The position numbers and the translations under genes are program-made. The notes beneath the pieces are model-generated. The model made no database searches, was not told the DNA's origin, and worked only from the letters and a program-made list of their open reading frames with translations. Shown here piece by piece: positions 1 to 9,801 of a stretch of DNA of 64,000 bases; position 1 is the stretch's first letter; each line of letters begins with the position of its first letter. The DNA comes from a virus. The stretch lies in the IMG/VR virus record IMGVR_UViG_3300009034_000007, positions 1 through 64,000 of that record, one strand, 5' to 3'.

Positions 1-396
1 ATAATTATAACTTAATTCACGACCTCTATATTTACTCGGTATAGGCATCACTTTATATTTACGCCATTCACGTAAAAAATTATAAGCAAAATCACGATAG
101 ATATTTATATCTTGTACGTACTTACTATTCTTTTTATTAAACCTAAATATGACTACTGCAAAAGACCAACTACGATTAAGCGTTTTATGCATTTGAAAAA
201 ATCCCTGTAGTTTATTTACTACTATTTCTCTACAACCGTGCCAGGAATCTTTAACTGCCACAAGTTTATTATCAAGTATTTGCGTTTCAAAATGATTAAT
301 TGAATTATATTGAGATAAAACATATTCTCTTGCAAGATTAATAAATGATTCCTTTAGATTAAATGTTGCTCTAGGATAAAAATACATCAAATTCAT
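1..396 (-). CDS. hypothetical protein, partial (runs off window start)
   Basis: Manual translation from ATG at 396 (MNLMYFYPRATF...) stays open to base 1; abuts the stop of the 398..1432 ORF. Confidence 0.65.
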   Translation of the reverse strand, partial: MNLMYFYPRATFNLKESFINLAREYVLSQYNSINHFETQILDNKLVAVKDSWHGCREIVVNKLQGFFQMHKTLNRSWSFAVVIFRFNKKNSKYVQDINIYRDFAYNFLREWRKYKVMPIPSKYRGRELSYNY

Positions 397-397
397 T

Positions 398-1432
398 TCA
401 GTCATTGAATAATTCCTCGTAACTTTTAATTGGTGTTCTTAACTGTCTCCCAAAATTATCAATTAAATCCATAGATGGATAACCTAACTGTTTGAGAATA
501 CGTTTTCTTTTATTCACTCCTCGAATACCTTTTAGTCGCTCTCCAATTAAATTATATACATGTGATATTAAAGATAGAGGTCCATCTGAGTCTAATACAG
601 TTTCATTCCTTGCTTGATTAAATTCTGTAGGTGCAATATAATAATGTATTGGTTTCAATCTAAAATATCCCTTGAATAGATCATTATAATACGAAACGCA
701 CCAGAATAAAAATGACCTATTACATATTGCATCTATCCATATAAATGATTCATAATCATCTTCATAAAGATCATCCATAGGTGCATCATCATAACTTTTT
801 CCACTTATTGTTCCATTCATTATAAAGTCTCTTATACTATTAATTATCCCACGAAAAGTTTTAAATCCAGTAGGTTTTTTTGATATAATTAAAATTGGCT
901 CTCTAAGAAGTAATAAAAAAGCCGACGCACTTGTAAAAGCAGTTATATTATCATGATAAGTAATAACAAATGAATAATAAATATCATTCATATTACAAAA
1001 TCGATCCATTAATTCAGTAGGAATATTTGAGTGTTTAAAATAATCTTTAGCTAATTTTCTATAGTTATCAGGTGTAACAAAACTTCTAGAAGTCTCAGAA
1101 ATTTTATATACTTCTCGATAATATGAATCATTTAGAGTATATAAAAATTCATCACTTTTAATAAAAATAATTATATTCTCACAAGGAGGTTTATAATGAT
1201 CTGCCTCGCCACCATAATTAATCCACTCACGTATCAGGCTAACTATTACCTCTCTACATTCTATATTAAAACTAGTACGAACCTTAATATTAAAACGTTC
1301 TTCTAACTCTTTATAATTAGAGTCATCATAAAACGTATGCTGACTGTTAAAAAAGTGATCATATAATGTCTTCAAAGCTGGACAATCATAATTAATTTCA
1401 TCGTTAAATTTTATACCTAGCATACTAATCAT
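398..1432 (-). CDS. hypothetical protein
   Basis: 344-aa ORF, start overlaps upstream stop; no motif recognised. Confidence 0.75.
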   Translation of the reverse strand: MISMLGIKFNDEINYDCPALKTLYDHFFNSQHTFYDDSNYKELEERFNIKVRTSFNIECREVIVSLIREWINYGGEADHYKPPCENIIIFIKSDEFLYTLNDSYYREVYKISETSRSFVTPDNYRKLAKDYFKHSNIPTELMDRFCNMNDIYYSFVITYHDNITAFTSASAFLLLLREPILIISKKPTGFKTFRGIINSIRDFIMNGTISGKSYDDAPMDDLYEDDYESFIWIDAICNRSFLFWCVSYYNDLFKGYFRLKPIHYYIAPTEFNQARNETVLDSDGPLSLISHVYNLIGERLKGIRGVNKRKRILKQLGYPSMDLIDNFGRQLRTPIKSYEELFND

Positions 1433-2217
1433 TAAAATCTCCTTCGTATATTTTCAAATTCATCTATCATTTTTTCCGTGATAGTAGATACATTAAATTC
1501 TTTAGCTTTTTCTAACGCGTCAGAAAATGAATTTCTACGATTGAGAATCGATGTTATCATTTCTAGATCAGATTTAACTGATCGAGGTAGTTCAAAATGA
1601 TAATCTGTTGGACTTCTTCTTTCGCGTCTTTCGCGATTATTATTACTTTCATTATTTTTTATGGCAAGGAATTTAAGTAATTTAGCCATTCCATCGTGAA
1701 TAAAAAAACCAGGCTCAAAAGCAGAAATACAACATTCCTTCAGTAAAAAATAAACGTAATATGCTATAGTTAAATCATCATTACTTTGTGCTATGTGGAG
1801 AGATTTCGCGGGACAAGATGGGTAATCTATTAAACAAATTACACGAAGCGTATAAAAAATTAAATAGGAAAGTAATTTATCAGACCAAACTGTAGGTTTT
1901 AATAGTCTGAATTCTGCATTATAAGCACTGCATAAAAATCTAGTATCATCATCTATTAATCTAATAGATTCATTAATAAGCGTAACCTCATAATTATAAA
2001 TACGCCCCAAATTAGATAGGAAAAAATGTTCAACCATCCAACTTTCCAATGTAGTTCTTATTATTATTTGAAAAGATTCAATTGGAAAGTTAAAAAGATG
2101 CATCATTTCTTCTACTGACTCTACCTCAAAAATTTCATCACCATATCCTATATACTTACACTTAGGATTAGTATAAAGAACTTGATCAAGACATTCACTT
2201 TCATCATAAATTTTCAT
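1432..2217 (-). CDS. hypothetical protein
   Basis: 261-aa ORF, translationally coupled to neighbours. Confidence 0.75.
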   Translation of the reverse strand: MKIYDESECLDQVLYTNPKCKYIGYGDEIFEVESVEEMMHLFNFPIESFQIIIRTTLESWMVEHFFLSNLGRIYNYEVTLINESIRLIDDDTRFLCSAYNAEFRLLKPTVWSDKLLSYLIFYTLRVICLIDYPSCPAKSLHIAQSNDDLTIAYYVYFLLKECCISAFEPGFFIHDGMAKLLKFLAIKNNESNNNRERRERRSPTDYHFELPRSVKSDLEMITSILNRRNSFSDALEKAKEFNVSTITEKMIDEFENIRRRF

Positions 2218-3152
2218 GTTATTAGCTCCAATATATTAACATAATCGTCATAATTAATATATCTCAAATGAGCAAGTCGATCCATTATATAATGAGCTGT
2301 TGATTTAGCACGTTTAGTATCAAAAGTTAATATATTTTTAGGAATATTATCTACATCTCCACTATTCAATATTTCACTAGCGTCACTAGGATTTAAGCAT
2401 AAATTATAGACACTGTTCATTAGCGTTAATAATGCATTACCTATCTTATCGTCAGTGATCCAAAAATTACTCGGAACACGATATTCAATACCTCGTAAAT
2501 TATTACCATAGTCCTGTAGTCTTATCTTTCCAGGTCTACCGTAGTATTTTAATCTACTTTTTTCAGCCTCAACCCAATCATTACTAGGTCTATTAATTGC
2601 TACACCAGTATTACCTACTAAAATATCCATTAATCTAGTAGCATGATAAAAAATTTCCTCAAATAGTGTTGGATTATTTAATGGAGCTTGCATATGTATA
2701 TGACCACCACCATATCTCTCAGGAATTTTACTTGAATCCGTTTCTACACTATATTCTCCTGAGTAAATATCCAGATCAGGATCACATCCAAAACGCACAC
2801 AATCTCTGAAATTTTCACCACGCTTTTGCCAGTATTTTTTCAGATCAAAAGGCACAGTGGGATAGACAACAGCTTTTAATTTAAATGATTCTGCTAGTTT
2901 TTGAACAGCATTATAAGCTCTACCGAGCCTATCAAAAATTTCACTAACATTATCAGACGGGGCGATATTAATTTCAGTAGCCGCCCCGTCTTCAATAATT
3001 TTCCAGTCTTCATCCTCAAGAAGCGTTTTAGCTCTTAAATAATCTAAATTATAATCTTCCTTTAATGCTACTGGTGGAATACACCAACCACCATCATTAA
3101 CAATAAAAACCTCTGGATCAGTTCCAAAAACTGTGTCAAACATTTTATTCAT
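2214..3152 (-). CDS. phiEco32-like COOH-NH2 ligase type 2
   Basis: Motifs GTDPEVF, EDGAATEINI, FGCDPD, GGGHIH, YYGRPG, GIEYRVPSNFW. Confidence 0.85.
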   Translation of the reverse strand: MNKMFDTVFGTDPEVFIVNDGGWCIPPVALKEDYNLDYLRAKTLLEDEDWKIIEDGAATEINIAPSDNVSEIFDRLGRAYNAVQKLAESFKLKAVVYPTVPFDLKKYWQKRGENFRDCVRFGCDPDLDIYSGEYSVETDSSKIPERYGGGHIHMQAPLNNPTLFEEIFYHATRLMDILVGNTGVAINRPSNDWVEAEKSRLKYYGRPGKIRLQDYGNNLRGIEYRVPSNFWITDDKIGNALLTLMNSVYNLCLNPSDASEILNSGDVDNIPKNILTFDTKRAKSTAHYIMDRLAHLRYINYDDYVNILELIT

Positions 3153-3636
3153 CTCCTACAAACCAAGCATTTTCGGTGCTAAATTGATCATTTTGTGAAA
3201 GAGGCAATGGATTTAATCTAAGCACCCTTCGTGCGTTACTTATTTCAGCCTCGGCAATATTTACTCGTTCGGCTGGTCGCTTATTTCGATCACCAAATAT
3301 GGTAAATTGATCATAAGATGTATCTTTATCTAAACACGCTGGACAAATTACTAATGTCTTTCCCACATGTATTTTTTCACTAAGAGGGGTAATATTTTCG
3401 CAATCATCACACTTAAAATTAGCATTATCAAGATTATTAACTTCATTATGGCATCGAGCACAATAAATTACTGTAGTATCAGTGATTTTATCAAATTGCT
3501 TAAGAAAATCACTTTCCATTATTCGATGTTTAAAAAATGTAGCATTTCCTTCGTTAAAATCAAAAAATGATTCTACTAAAACTTGAATTGAATGACGAAT
3601 AACTAATGCCCCACCACATTCATGATAAAGTCTCAT
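3145..3636 (-). CDS. hypothetical Cys-rich (zinc-binding) protein
   Basis: HxC plus CARC, CDDC and CPAC pairs. Confidence 0.6.
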   Translation of the reverse strand: MRLYHECGGALVIRHSIQVLVESFFDFNEGNATFFKHRIMESDFLKQFDKITDTTVIYCARCHNEVNNLDNANFKCDDCENITPLSEKIHVGKTLVICPACLDKDTSYDQFTIFGDRNKRPAERVNIAEAEISNARRVLRLNPLPLSQNDQFSTENAWFVGDE

Positions 3637-4799
3637 TGTTTTACCTCCGTATACGAGAATTTAACATTGGTAATGCTTAAGAATTTTGAACAGTAATCGG
3701 AAATATTTTTAATCATTTCTGGAGGAGCACTTTTTCCTTTAAATTTAATTTCAAGAGAATTTTTAAATTGTAGTAAAGTAAAAGCTGGTCCGAAATATTT
3801 AATCCCCGCAATTATTGGTGAATAAAAAACTATTTTGCCTTCAGGATTTAACACAACTTCATCCTCTCCTAAAACAATATTACATTGTGTGTTGAATAAA
3901 CCTTTACAGTGATAAAAAACAACAAATGATACTTTTGCCATTTCTGTTGGTTTTTCAGTCATTTCAATATCAGTAAGAACATCCTCATTGTAAATATTAT
4001 ATACTTTGCCATCTCTATTAGTAGGATGTATAGGTTCTCTAGATACTCCTACACTTTTAGGTAAATTTTTAATCTGTTCTTTAGACAATTCGACACCTAC
4101 ACAAATATCTTTTATAACTTCTGGATTAAGTCTATAATTATTATCAGTGGGAAGCGTAATATTAATTGCATTAGCTCTACTACCTATAGAATTTAAAAAT
4201 AACTGAAACATTAGTTTAAGAATTTTTGAATCGAATTCTGATCCTTCATGTGATAATAAACCTGGATATTTAAGCTCTATCCAGTCATCAAAAAACGGTA
4301 AATATAACTTTGCTTCATATGTTGTAGATATATATTTAGCATCGTTATCTAAAGTAATTAAACAAATTTTATCTCTAATATCATTTTTGTGTTTATCTAT
4401 TAAAGCATTTAATCCTTCAATAGTAACTACAGGTAATTTGCTATAAATTTCTTCACAGCAAGACATACAAGATTTATCACCAACAAACCATTCTCTATAT
4501 TTATCGTCAAGTATTATAATAACATCTTCGTTAGGAAGATAATACTTATTAGCTATTTCAATAATTTTATTTTTAGGTAGAGTTTTTCCTGTTGAGTAAA
4601 CAAACTTAGCCTCATGCACTTTAATAGTAGATTTATCCTTTTTTGATAACTCCACTTTATAACGTACATCAGGATACGGCATTAACCTAAATGGATGTTG
4701 AAAAGCCTCTGTTGGTGCAAAAGTTAATGTAGCAGGTGGAGTTAATTTTACTGAGCTAGTAATATAACTTACACATGTTGAATAAGAGTAAGCGGCCAC
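3633..4799 (-). CDS. hypothetical protein
   Basis: 388-aa ORF coupled within the operon; no motif recognised. Confidence 0.7.
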   Translation of the reverse strand: MAAYSYSTCVSYITSSVKLTPPATLTFAPTEAFQHPFRLMPYPDVRYKVELSKKDKSTIKVHEAKFVYSTGKTLPKNKIIEIANKYYLPNEDVIIILDDKYREWFVGDKSCMSCCEEIYSKLPVVTIEGLNALIDKHKNDIRDKICLITLDNDAKYISTTYEAKLYLPFFDDWIELKYPGLLSHEGSEFDSKILKLMFQLFLNSIGSRANAINITLPTDNNYRLNPEVIKDICVGVELSKEQIKNLPKSVGVSREPIHPTNRDGKVYNIYNEDVLTDIEMTEKPTEMAKVSFVVFYHCKGLFNTQCNIVLGEDEVVLNPEGKIVFYSPIIAGIKYFGPAFTLLQFKNSLEIKFKGKSAPPEMIKNISDYCSKFLSITNVKFSYTEVKQ

Positions 4800-5578
4800 T
4801 TTAAAAACTTCCTTCCTCTTGGGGTAATTGCTATGTTGCCATTTTCAATTAACCAAGGCTCGATTTCTTTCATTAGTGTATTCCGATCTATTTGCAATGC
4901 TCTTGATAAATTAGTTAAACTAGATATTTCAATATCTCTCAAAAATGTAAGATAACGTACATCTTCTCTAGTATATCCTTCATCATGAATCCCCAATTGA
5001 TTTAACACTTCATGGACGTATTCAAAAGTAGAAGGATAACCATAATAAGTTAGCATCATTTTTACACGATCAAACCTTTGTTTAACTAATCGCGGACTAC
5101 CTCTTGATGCTTCAGCCAGTAATAAATAACTCTCAGTATCTTTAAGAATAAAGCGTCTTCGCTGAGAGTAATCTTTGGCAATCTTAGCCAATTCTTTAAT
5201 AGAATAGGGTTCAAAAGTTAATCTAATGCAACGTGTTAAAAATGGATCAGGAACATTACCATATTCAGTAGTGCAAAAAAGAAAGACTTTTTCTTTACTA
5301 TCCATATAGGGATAAAGAGGCTCATGATGTCTTAATTCATGAATTTCATCAATAAAGTTAACCCTCTTCTTTTTTATCCAGGATATATTTATCTTTCCCT
5401 TGTCAGGAATTTGAAAACAGTAGTATTTATCAATACGTTTAGCAATTAAAGTAGCTAGAGTAGTTTTACCACAACCAGCACTACCTTGTAATAATAAATT
5501 AACTGAGCCTCCCTCTTTAAGAGAGGCTATTAATGGAGCAACTTCGTTCATTATTGTTTTTTGACCTATGAAAGACAT
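4769..5578 (-). CDS. ruvB: RuvB-like AAA+ ATPase (short form)
   Basis: FIGQ, Walker A GSAGCGKTT, Walker B FIDEIH, SRGSPR sensor II, C-terminal IEP.LI..G.I..TPRGR winged-helix signature. Confidence 0.8.
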   Translation of the reverse strand: MSFIGQKTIMNEVAPLIASLKEGGSVNLLLQGSAGCGKTTLATLIAKRIDKYYCFQIPDKGKINISWIKKKRVNFIDEIHELRHHEPLYPYMDSKEKVFLFCTTEYGNVPDPFLTRCIRLTFEPYSIKELAKIAKDYSQRRRFILKDTESYLLLAEASRGSPRLVKQRFDRVKMMLTYYGYPSTFEYVHEVLNQLGIHDEGYTREDVRYLTFLRDIEISSLTNLSRALQIDRNTLMKEIEPWLIENGNIAITPRGRKFLKWPLTLIQHV

Positions 5579-6347
5579 TTGTTGCCTCCCTGTTCTCTTG
5601 GAAAAAGTTTCTAAACAACTCTGCGTATAATTCCAGAGAGGAGCTATTTAGTGATGGAGCTGAATTAACTTCCCAAATTATCCATCTATTCAGCTCTTTT
5701 TTAATTGACCACGCCATATCAATTCCACAGAATACTACGCCAAGAATATCAGCTACTTTAACAGCCGTTTTTATTAATGATTTAGCACACAATACTTTAC
5801 TTAAATTAGATCGAACGTATTTCCATCCATGATGGGATGATCTAATAAGCGGATCCGCATTATCATCAATAGGATATTTTCTAAACACCTTTACTACTTC
5901 TCCATTAAACACATGAACACGATATTCTCTAGAGGTAGGATAAATATCTACTAAATAATTTGCATCTGAAGGAATATCATCATATTTATTACATATTACA
6001 ATATCATTTCCTGCTTTATGATGACGTTTTCTAGCCATAACAGGAAAAGTTAAATTATTTGGTAATATGTTATTATAACAATATGGATAATAAATCGGTG
6101 ATAGTAACTCTGGATCAACTGCTAAAAATTTCGATAACAAATGTTTAGCCGAGCATTTTAAAATAGCATCCACGGAATTAATACAAGTATCTTTAACTAT
6201 CCTACCAGAGTCCTGATAATTACCGTATCTAATTAAAATTTCACTTTGATCTTTAATTTTATTCACATTACTGTGAAATTTTAAGTTGAGTAACTTAGCA
6301 AGTGCTTTGCCTGAATTAAAACCTGCTTTAGATGCTAGTAAGTACAC
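5517..6347 (-). CDS. ATP-grasp peptide ligase (RimK/YheCD-like)
   Basis: LIRYG, FPVMAR, EYRVHVFNG, CGIDMA, IWEVNSAPSL. Confidence 0.85.
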   Translation of the reverse strand: MYLLASKAGFNSGKALAKLLNLKFHSNVNKIKDQSEILIRYGNYQDSGRIVKDTCINSVDAILKCSAKHLLSKFLAVDPELLSPIYYPYCYNNILPNNLTFPVMARKRHHKAGNDIVICNKYDDIPSDANYLVDIYPTSREYRVHVFNGEVVKVFRKYPIDDNADPLIRSSHHGWKYVRSNLSKVLCAKSLIKTAVKVADILGVVFCGIDMAWSIKKELNRWIIWEVNSAPSLNSSSLELYAELFRNFFQENREATNVFHRSKNNNERSCSINSLS

Positions 6348-7518
6348 GTTTTAATCCTTTTTTAGATTCCATAAACCACGGAAATTGTAATTTTAATTCA
6401 TCATAAATTTTCATGTGAGTAGCGTCAGCATGTTTACCATAATAACCTTTTACTAAAGCTTCCCATGTCCCAAGTTTTTTCTGACCTTTTGTATTTTTAT
6501 AAATATTTGAAAGTTGTGTTAAAACTTGCTCGATAAATGTTGCTAATTCGCTACTATATTTAATATCAAATAAGCTTTTGCCGAAAGTTATGTAATACAA
6601 GTAATTCAATTCCTCAAAAGTTAAGTGCATTTCTTTAGCATGAGATACAACGTTAAATATTACAGTTTCGCTATAATCTACGCGTGAGTAATAACCTCTA
6701 CCTGTTCTATGTGTGCTATAATACCAATCATCATCATAAATAGTAATAGCAGTGCGTTCTATAATCTCGGTTGAGCTTTTAGAAAGTTTAGCGTTATTAA
6801 TGTTAAATAGATAAATACTATCATCATCTAATGATTTAGGCTGTTCGATTGTTAATTTACCCAAACCAAGTGACCTTATAAAATATGGTAAAACCATATT
6901 TGTAATATTCTCAGGTACAGTATTGATTACATGACATATTACATTCTTTTTATCATCTAAAATTCTGGTTTTAACTAATTCAGGAGTTTTTCCTTTTACA
7001 ATAAAGATATGGTCTTTTTGCAGTTTATCATAAATTAAAAAAGCAAATTTTCCTGAAAATTTTTCATATGCTTTAACAATATGTTTAGCTGTTAACTTTT
7101 TACTGTTCACAATAGTTGCTAAGTGAGCCGCAAACCAAAAACTATCAATTTTATCTTTAATTCTTAATTCTTTCTCATCTGTATCTAAAGTTCCATTATG
7201 CATCAGTAAAATATTATCAATTACATGAGGATGAGAATTATCTACAGATATTACTTTAAAACCTGTGCTTGCTAATCTTGTATGAGCTAATAATGTAACT
7301 TTATTTAACCCCTCGCACATATCATCTAAAGCATCTAAAAATCTATCCGTATAAATAGCATCATGAGCATCCTGAGATGTTTTAAAAAGTTTACCGTTAT
7401 CGACACAAAATACACCAAATCCATCTTTATTACCAGACTGAGCGTTTAATGTACACATATTAATTAAAATGGATTTAGCAATTTTAGTCTCACCGTGTAT
7501 TAATGATAATGTACACAT
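6328..7518 (-). CDS. class II (Ntn) glutamine amidotransferase
   Basis: N-terminal Cys2, DGFG, AHTRLAS, NSHPH, MHNGTL, DS, GKFAF. Confidence 0.85.
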   Translation of the reverse strand: MCTLSLIHGETKIAKSILINMCTLNAQSGNKDGFGVFCVDNGKLFKTSQDAHDAIYTDRFLDALDDMCEGLNKVTLLAHTRLASTGFKVISVDNSHPHVIDNILLMHNGTLDTDEKELRIKDKIDSFWFAAHLATIVNSKKLTAKHIVKAYEKFSGKFAFLIYDKLQKDHIFIVKGKTPELVKTRILDDKKNVICHVINTVPENITNMVLPYFIRSLGLGKLTIEQPKSLDDDSIYLFNINNAKLSKSSTEIIERTAITIYDDDWYYSTHRTGRGYYSRVDYSETVIFNVVSHAKEMHLTFEELNYLYYITFGKSLFDIKYSSELATFIEQVLTQLSNIYKNTKGQKKLGTWEALVKGYYGKHADATHMKIYDELKLQFPWFMESKKGLKRVLTSI

Positions 7519-8688
7519 TTAATCCTCCTCTGGATATACTGACATTCCCATGTTGTTTAAAACATGAATATCAATATAATTTGGCTTACGCACTAATTTA
7601 AACTCTTTACGTGTTAGTATTGATGGAAAGAAATCTGAATAATCATTATTATGAAAAATATGATAGCCATTAGTTAAATGACACATAATTGGGAAGTCAT
7701 CATATTCAGGATCAGGACTTCTATTCCAAATTTTTCGTAATAATAATGAAGCTCTAATTGGGATGCCAAAAAAATTAATCATTTCTTCAAAATGAGCATC
7801 CTGATCTATTATTCCATCGGCTAAAGAATTTACATGTCTTTTTAATTTAGATAATACTTTAGGAGTCGAATATTCATAACAACTTTTAACAAATGCCTTA
7901 CATAATTCTATAATAGCATACAAATAATCCCATCGCATTGTTTTATTAAATAAGCGAAATTCTAAGTCTGGTCGTTCTTTATTATATAAATTACGAAAGT
8001 TAATCCAACAATATCTGCATGGATGATAACGCCCCTCCGAGGCATAAATATCTCCACAACGAACAAAAAATTCATTATGCGTTTTACTTCCCAAAACTTC
8101 ATCATAAACTAATAAAGGTCTGTAAAAACCTCTACCATCTTTAACAATATGAGGTCCATTATCAGTTATTGGACGATAATAAATATAATCCATGTTAATA
8201 CCACGATGTTCTCTACCCATTCCACCAAGTTTAAAAAACGCCCATTCAAAATAACCTGCCATCATCCAGGCACGTCTTAAAATACCTACTGTATGTCTAC
8301 TTCTTCTTAAGTAATCTTGGGGCATATTAACATGAACATGAATACTACCACGCGTTGTTTTGGAACGCTCACCAGCTCTTTTAAGTAAAGAGAATATATC
8401 ATCAAATAAAGATATATATCTATCATCTGAGGTATTAATAATTGGACTAACAATCTCTCCACCAATAGTCTTTACATTTTTTAATAATGCATTTACCGTT
8501 CTATCTAAAGACGCTCCTTTAATTGGTAAATCTTTTAATGTTGGACATGGAGATTCTACTGACGCATCATGAGTAACTTGAAAATCATTTCCACATAAAA
8601 AATTCATTAATTCTTCATGTCTACGTGGAATAATATCAGTATATTCTATCTCTATACCAACATGATTCCAAGGTTCTTTTTTACTCAT
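7519..8688 (-). CDS. putative amidoligase (glutamine-synthetase-like COOH-NH2 ligase)
   Basis: GIEIE, HDASV, GEIVSP, GSIHVHV, RY.WIN, EFRLF. Confidence 0.8.
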   Translation of the reverse strand: MSKKEPWNHVGIEIEYTDIIPRRHEELMNFLCGNDFQVTHDASVESPCPTLKDLPIKGASLDRTVNALLKNVKTIGGEIVSPIINTSDDRYISLFDDIFSLLKRAGERSKTTRGSIHVHVNMPQDYLRRSRHTVGILRRAWMMAGYFEWAFFKLGGMGREHRGINMDYIYYRPITDNGPHIVKDGRGFYRPLLVYDEVLGSKTHNEFFVRCGDIYASEGRYHPCRYCWINFRNLYNKERPDLEFRLFNKTMRWDYLYAIIELCKAFVKSCYEYSTPKVLSKLKRHVNSLADGIIDQDAHFEEMINFFGIPIRASLLLRKIWNRSPDPEYDDFPIMCHLTNGYHIFHNNDYSDFFPSILTRKEFKLVRKPNYIDIHVLNNMGMSVYPEED

Positions 8689-8897
8689 TATGTAATTTCT
8701 TTATCTGCTACAAGCCACATTACTCTAGAAAGTAATGTAAGTAATTGAGCTAAATAAAACTGTTTTTCTACTAATCCACAGTTTTTCCAATTTACAATGG
8801 CTGTTTCAGCATACATAGATAAATCCCATAAAATTTGATATTGATTTGCTTTTAATAATTTATCATTATCTATAATCCCCTGTCTTATTGTATACAT
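8688..8897 (-). CDS. hypothetical protein
   Basis: 69-aa ORF coupled to the amidoligase. Confidence 0.6.
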   Translation of the reverse strand: MYTIRQGIIDNDKLLKANQYQILWDLSMYAETAIVNWKNCGLVEKQFYLAQLLTLLSRVMWLVADKEIT

Positions 8898-8902
8898 TTT
8901 TA

Positions 8903-9106
8903 TTACTCCTTTTCGGTTTTTCGATTATTAGCAACAGCAATTACAATATGTGCGTCACTTAATGCAGACCCAAAACAATCAAAACAAATATTTGCATTTA
9001 AAATATTTGGGTCATTACTAATTTCTGGCGTAAATTCATATGGTGCTGGTAATATATAAGTAAAAACCATTTCTGAATCATTTTTTAAACATACTTCGCA
9101 TTTCAT
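8903..9106 (-). CDS. small zinc-finger protein
   Basis: CEVC...CFDC; AGGAG RBS. Confidence 0.6.
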   Translation of the reverse strand: MKCEVCLKNDSEMVFTYILPAPYEFTPEISNDPNILNANICFDCFGSALSDAHIVIAVANNRKTEKE

Positions 9107-9115
9107 TTGTTTCTC

Positions 9116-9469
9116 CTATTGTATTAAATCATCTTGCGAACGTGCTTCATCTAAATATTTAAGATATCTTTCGTCCGCTTCTTTAAGAAGTTCAGGTGTA
9201 AGTTCTTTAACTTTTAGATAAGCTTTATCTATGCAGTCTATAATTACTTTTTTCTTTTCCTCTTCGTCCAAAATATAGATAGCCTTACCACATTTATTGC
9301 ACATAGCAACTACTAAAACTAATCCAGGATGATCATCACTAAAAGCTACAAAAGGTGTGCGATTTTCAACATTAGTTTTTTCATCACAATGAATGCACGG
9401 TAAATCTTGATTCCTTGTTCTTATAATAAAATCAGTAATCATATTTTGAACTACGGTCTGGAAGGTCAT
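9116..9469 (-). CDS. zinc-ribbon hypothetical protein, first gene of left operon
   Basis: CIHC...CNKC; GAGGTG RBS. Confidence 0.65.
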   Translation of the reverse strand: MTFQTVVQNMITDFIIRTRNQDLPCIHCDEKTNVENRTPFVAFSDDHPGLVLVVAMCNKCGKAIYILDEEEKKKVIIDCIDKAYLKVKELTPELLKEADERYLKYLDEARSQDDLIQ

Positions 9470-9492
9470 TATTTTTCACCTCTTTTTTAAAT

Positions 9493-9542
9493 AAAAAATA
9501 CCCAAAATTAAATCAAGTTTCAATTAATTTAATTTTTGAGTA
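9493..9542 (-). terminator. terminator/attenuator-like hairpin in operon leader
   Basis: About 18-bp stem TACTCAAAA(A)TTAAATTAA / TTGATTTAATTTTGGGTA followed by T6 on the minus strand. Confidence 0.45.
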
Positions 9543-9589
9543 CTCTTTTTTAATAAAATAGTGGCTTGTGAAGCGTTTATGTACACCTT

Positions 9590-9618
9590 ATTCTACCATA
9601 GATTCAGGAGTACCACAA
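9590..9618 (-). promoter_or_regulatory. sigma70-type promoter for left operon
   Basis: TTGTGG-N17-TAGAAT with extended -10 TG (ATGGTAGAAT). Confidence 0.45.
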
Positions 9619-9720
9619 CCGAGTAGCCAAAGTGAGTTGTTGCCACATTTCCATGTACATGCACAAATGTACTCTCAGAAAAAATGCTACGCTAATGAGT
9701 AAAAGTTCTACGCCAATCAC

Positions 9721-9801
9721 AGTTATCACAGTTATCCAAGTTATCGTGGTTATCCGAGTTATCACAGTTATTAAAGTTGTATCAGTTATCTGAGTTGTAC
9801 T
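9721..9801. repeat. nine tandem 9-bp repeats, consensus AGTTATCNN
   Basis: AGTTATCAC AGTTATCCA AGTTATCGT GGTTATCCG AGTTATCAC AGTTATTAA AGTTGTATC AGTTATCTG AGTTGTACT. Confidence 0.9.

Noticed and set aside
9721-9801. CRISPR array, or canonical DnaA-box cluster
   Set aside because: Period is only 9 bp with no spacers; units do not match TTATCCACA
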